Shown here: positions 61,941 to 64,000 of the stretch, in pieces
Numbering within the stretch: the stretch's first letter is position 1
Layout of the letters: the number at the start of each line of letters is the position of its first letter
Assembly: GCA_040260805.1 (NCBI GenBank)
Contig: JBDQPD010000001.1
Span: 1-64,000 of the forward strand
Reading direction: 5' to 3'
Source of the DNA: Myxococcota bacterium
Lineage (GTDB): Bacteria > Myxococcota > UBA4151
Length of the DNA: 64,000 nt
Program-made: the position numbers and the translations under genes
Notes under the pieces: model-generated
Seen by the model: only the letters and a program-made list of their open reading frames with translations
The model's database searches: none
Told to the model about the DNA's origin: nothing

Positions 61941-63676
61941 TCAACTCGGGTCGACGCACCCTTCAGGGCTGCTCGGTTGGACGAGGATGGGTTCAAGGTC
62001 GAATCCGCTGTTTAGATGATCTCAACGATGGAATCACTCTAAAGCATCTGGCATCGCATCAGATCGATGGCGAGATCCAAGCTTTCGATGGCGCTGTAGC
62101 CGCCGTGGTGGAGCGTATGCGGCTGGTTTTAGCCAAGCTGCAGGCGAGCAATAGCTTTATCGCCGAGGGTGGTGATGTGCTCAGCGCCCACGTCAGCATC
62201 GCTGAAGACCCTGATCTTCGCGAGCGTGTGGTTCGTGTGTTGCGATCAAGTCAGATCAACGCGGCTTGGGGTTTGGAGCGTGTTCTTGAGGAGGTTCAGG
62301 TCGAGTTTGGAGCCTTAGATGACCCTTACATCGCCGCCCGGATGCTGGACATTCGGCAAGTTTTCCATCGCTTGCAGCGCGAGCTTGCAGGGGGGCAAAC
62401 GTCAGAATCTACAGTCCCCGAGCTCAGAGATGGCGAGATTTTACTTGCGCGTGATCTGGAGCCGGTTTTGGCGCTGGGGATCCTTGAACAAAAGCCCGTC
62501 GCGGTGATCACCGAAGAGGGATCAGCGACGTCGCACTTAGCCTTGCTTTGCCGAGCCATGCGCGTTCCCGCGATGGTTGGTGTCAAGAGCGCCACCGAGT
62601 CGTTGGTCGCTGGTGATCAGGTTCTACTCGACCTGGAAGAGGGATTTTTGGTCCGTGATCCGGACCGCCGAGATATAGCGCTCGCGCAGGTTCATCTGGT
62701 TGAGAGCGAATTGCATCTGGCTGACCCTGAGCTTCCGGCGGTGACCCGAGACGGCGCTCAAATCACCTTACTTGCAAACATCGACACCGTCTCGGCGCTG
62801 TCAGATGCGGTCAGTGAAGGAGCTCAGGGTATAGGCCTGTTTCGTAGTGAATACCTCTACCTCCGCAGCGCAGACGGTGACTCTGAGATGCAGGTCCAAA
62901 CCTATCAGCGCATCTTGGATGAGATACCGGGCACGGTGACCATCAGAACCTTTGATATTGGTTCGGATAAGCTCCCGCTTGGAAGCAGTTGGGAGCCGAA
63001 CCCTGCCTTAGGTTTGCGCGCCCTGCGGAGTTATCAACTCGACCCCAAGGTCTTTCGCGTTCAGCTCCGCAATTTGATGCACGTTGCGAGCGCTGATGCT
63101 CGATTGAGAATCTTATTACCTATGGTCGATGGGCTAGCGTCTTGGCGCTGGGCCGCCGAAGAGGTTGAGCAAGTTGCCCTCGCTGAAGGCAAGCAACGAG
63201 GGACAGACTTCTTGCTGGGTGCGATGATCGAATTGCCGAGCGCGGTTTTTGTCGCTGACGAGCTGGCGAGTTGCTCAGATTTCTTTAGCTTGGGGACTAA
63301 CGATTTAGTCCAATATCTCTTGGCTGTTGATCGCCAAAACCCGGGACTTGCTCGCCACGCACGGGTCACCCATCCCGCAGTTTTAAGAGCCCTCAAGCAG
63401 GTTATTGATGCGGGAACCCGACATCAGATCCCGATGAGTTGTTGCGGTGAAATGGCAGCATCACCCATTGGCATCATGATCCTCGTTGGAATGGGGCTTC
63501 GAGAATTGTCCGTACCACCACTTGATCTGGGGATGGCGCGCACCTTTTTGAGGCGCAGCGAGGTCAGCGTCTTTAAGGGTTTGGTGCAGCGAGCGCTCAC
63601 GATGACCTGCGATCAAGAGATCAGCGAGCTATTTACTGAGCATTATCAAGACTGGAAACTCGACCAGAGCCGCTAA
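61937..63676 (+). CDS. ptsI: PTS enzyme I
   Basis: GS.TSH (phospho-His), GIGLFRSE, RTFDIG.DK, NPALGLR, GTNDL.QY, CGE. Confidence 0.95.
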   Translation: MINSGRRTLQGCSVGRGWVQGRIRCLDDLNDGITLKHLASHQIDGEIQAFDGAVAAVVERMRLVLAKLQASNSFIAEGGDVLSAHVSIAEDPDLRERVVRVLRSSQINAAWGLERVLEEVQVEFGALDDPYIAARMLDIRQVFHRLQRELAGGQTSESTVPELRDGEILLARDLEPVLALGILEQKPVAVITEEGSATSHLALLCRAMRVPAMVGVKSATESLVAGDQVLLDLEEGFLVRDPDRRDIALAQVHLVESELHLADPELPAVTRDGAQITLLANIDTVSALSDAVSEGAQGIGLFRSEYLYLRSADGDSEMQVQTYQRILDEIPGTVTIRTFDIGSDKLPLGSSWEPNPALGLRALRSYQLDPKVFRVQLRNLMHVASADARLRILLPMVDGLASWRWAAEEVEQVALAEGKQRGTDFLLGAMIELPSAVFVADELASCSDFFSLGTNDLVQYLLAVDRQNPGLARHARVTHPAVLRALKQVIDAGTRHQIPMSCCGEMAASPIGIMILVGMGLRELSVPPLDLGMARTFLRRSEVSVFKGLVQRALTMTCDQEISELFTEHYQDWKLDQSR

Positions 63677-63999
63677 AATCCGCCTTGTTCGGTTTCGAAA
63701 CCGAGCTCGATTTCTGGTGCGTCTGCCCACAGCGACTCAAGATCATAGTACATGCGTGCTGGGCGATAAAATACGTGCACGACGACGTCGCCATGATCCA
63801 TCAGCACCCAGTTTCCGCTCTCGCTACCCTCTTGGCCGATCATCGCTAGACCAAGCTCACTGGCTTTGCCGCTGACTCGGTCAGCGATGGCTCGAACCTG
63901 TCGATCCGAAGCACCCGAAACGAAGAGCATCGCATCGGTGTAAGCGCAGCGACCGCGCAGGTCGAGCAGTCGTATGTTCTCACCTTTGATGTCGTCTGC
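63673..63999 (-). CDS. rsfS: Ribosome silencing factor RsfS (5'-truncated by window)
   Basis: Frame open to the window end (ADDIKGENIRLLDLRG...TDAM). WVLMD.GDVVVHVF....R.YYDLE.LW. Confidence 0.92.
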   Translation of the reverse strand, partial: ADDIKGENIRLLDLRGRCAYTDAMLFVSGASDRQVRAIADRVSGKASELGLAMIGQEGSESGNWVLMDHGDVVVHVFYRPARMYYDLESLWADAPEIELGFETEQGGF

Positions 64000-64000
64000 G

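Overview
64 kb of very compact, moderately GC-rich bacterial chromosome. Gene content and order point to a Myxococcota / former-Deltaproteobacteria lineage (inference): PPIase trio-surA-pdxA, FHA-GGDEF next to dnaE, DUF4398+TSP3-OmpA, Cys-rich 'DAG'-tethered lipoproteins, and a kdsB-pyrG-kdsA-lptAB-rpoN-hpf-ptsN-hprK-rapZ-PTS operon. From left to right the window holds: (1) a large TPR gene plus a flagellar basal-body/hook operon flgBC-fliEFGHI-motE-like-fliK-flgD-(flagellar operon protein)-flgE, with no fliJ and a near-consensus sigma54 site inside the TPR gene; (2) a minus-strand run from an UshA-like/tetraheme c554 lipoprotein through mltD-like, moeA, mobA, two PPIases, surA and pdxA; (3) plsY, a DgcB-like FHA-GGDEF cyclase and dnaE; (4) an envelope-rich middle region with an IPT/TIG lipoprotein, an orphan DNA methyltransferase, a KOW protein, MltF-like and LpoA-like proteins, a candidate small RNA, a degenerate CHAP-like protein, nadE, a PduO-type adenosyltransferase, Cys-rich lipoproteins, an MMPL/OmpA/lipoprotein cassette and a DUF1460 amidase; (5) gph-like, argC, kamA and a NUDIX-MBL fusion; (6) the Kdo/Lpt/rpoN/PTS operon and a partial rsfS. 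I saw no rRNA, tRNA, CRISPR array or mobile element. All calls come from reading motifs by eye, with no database searches.
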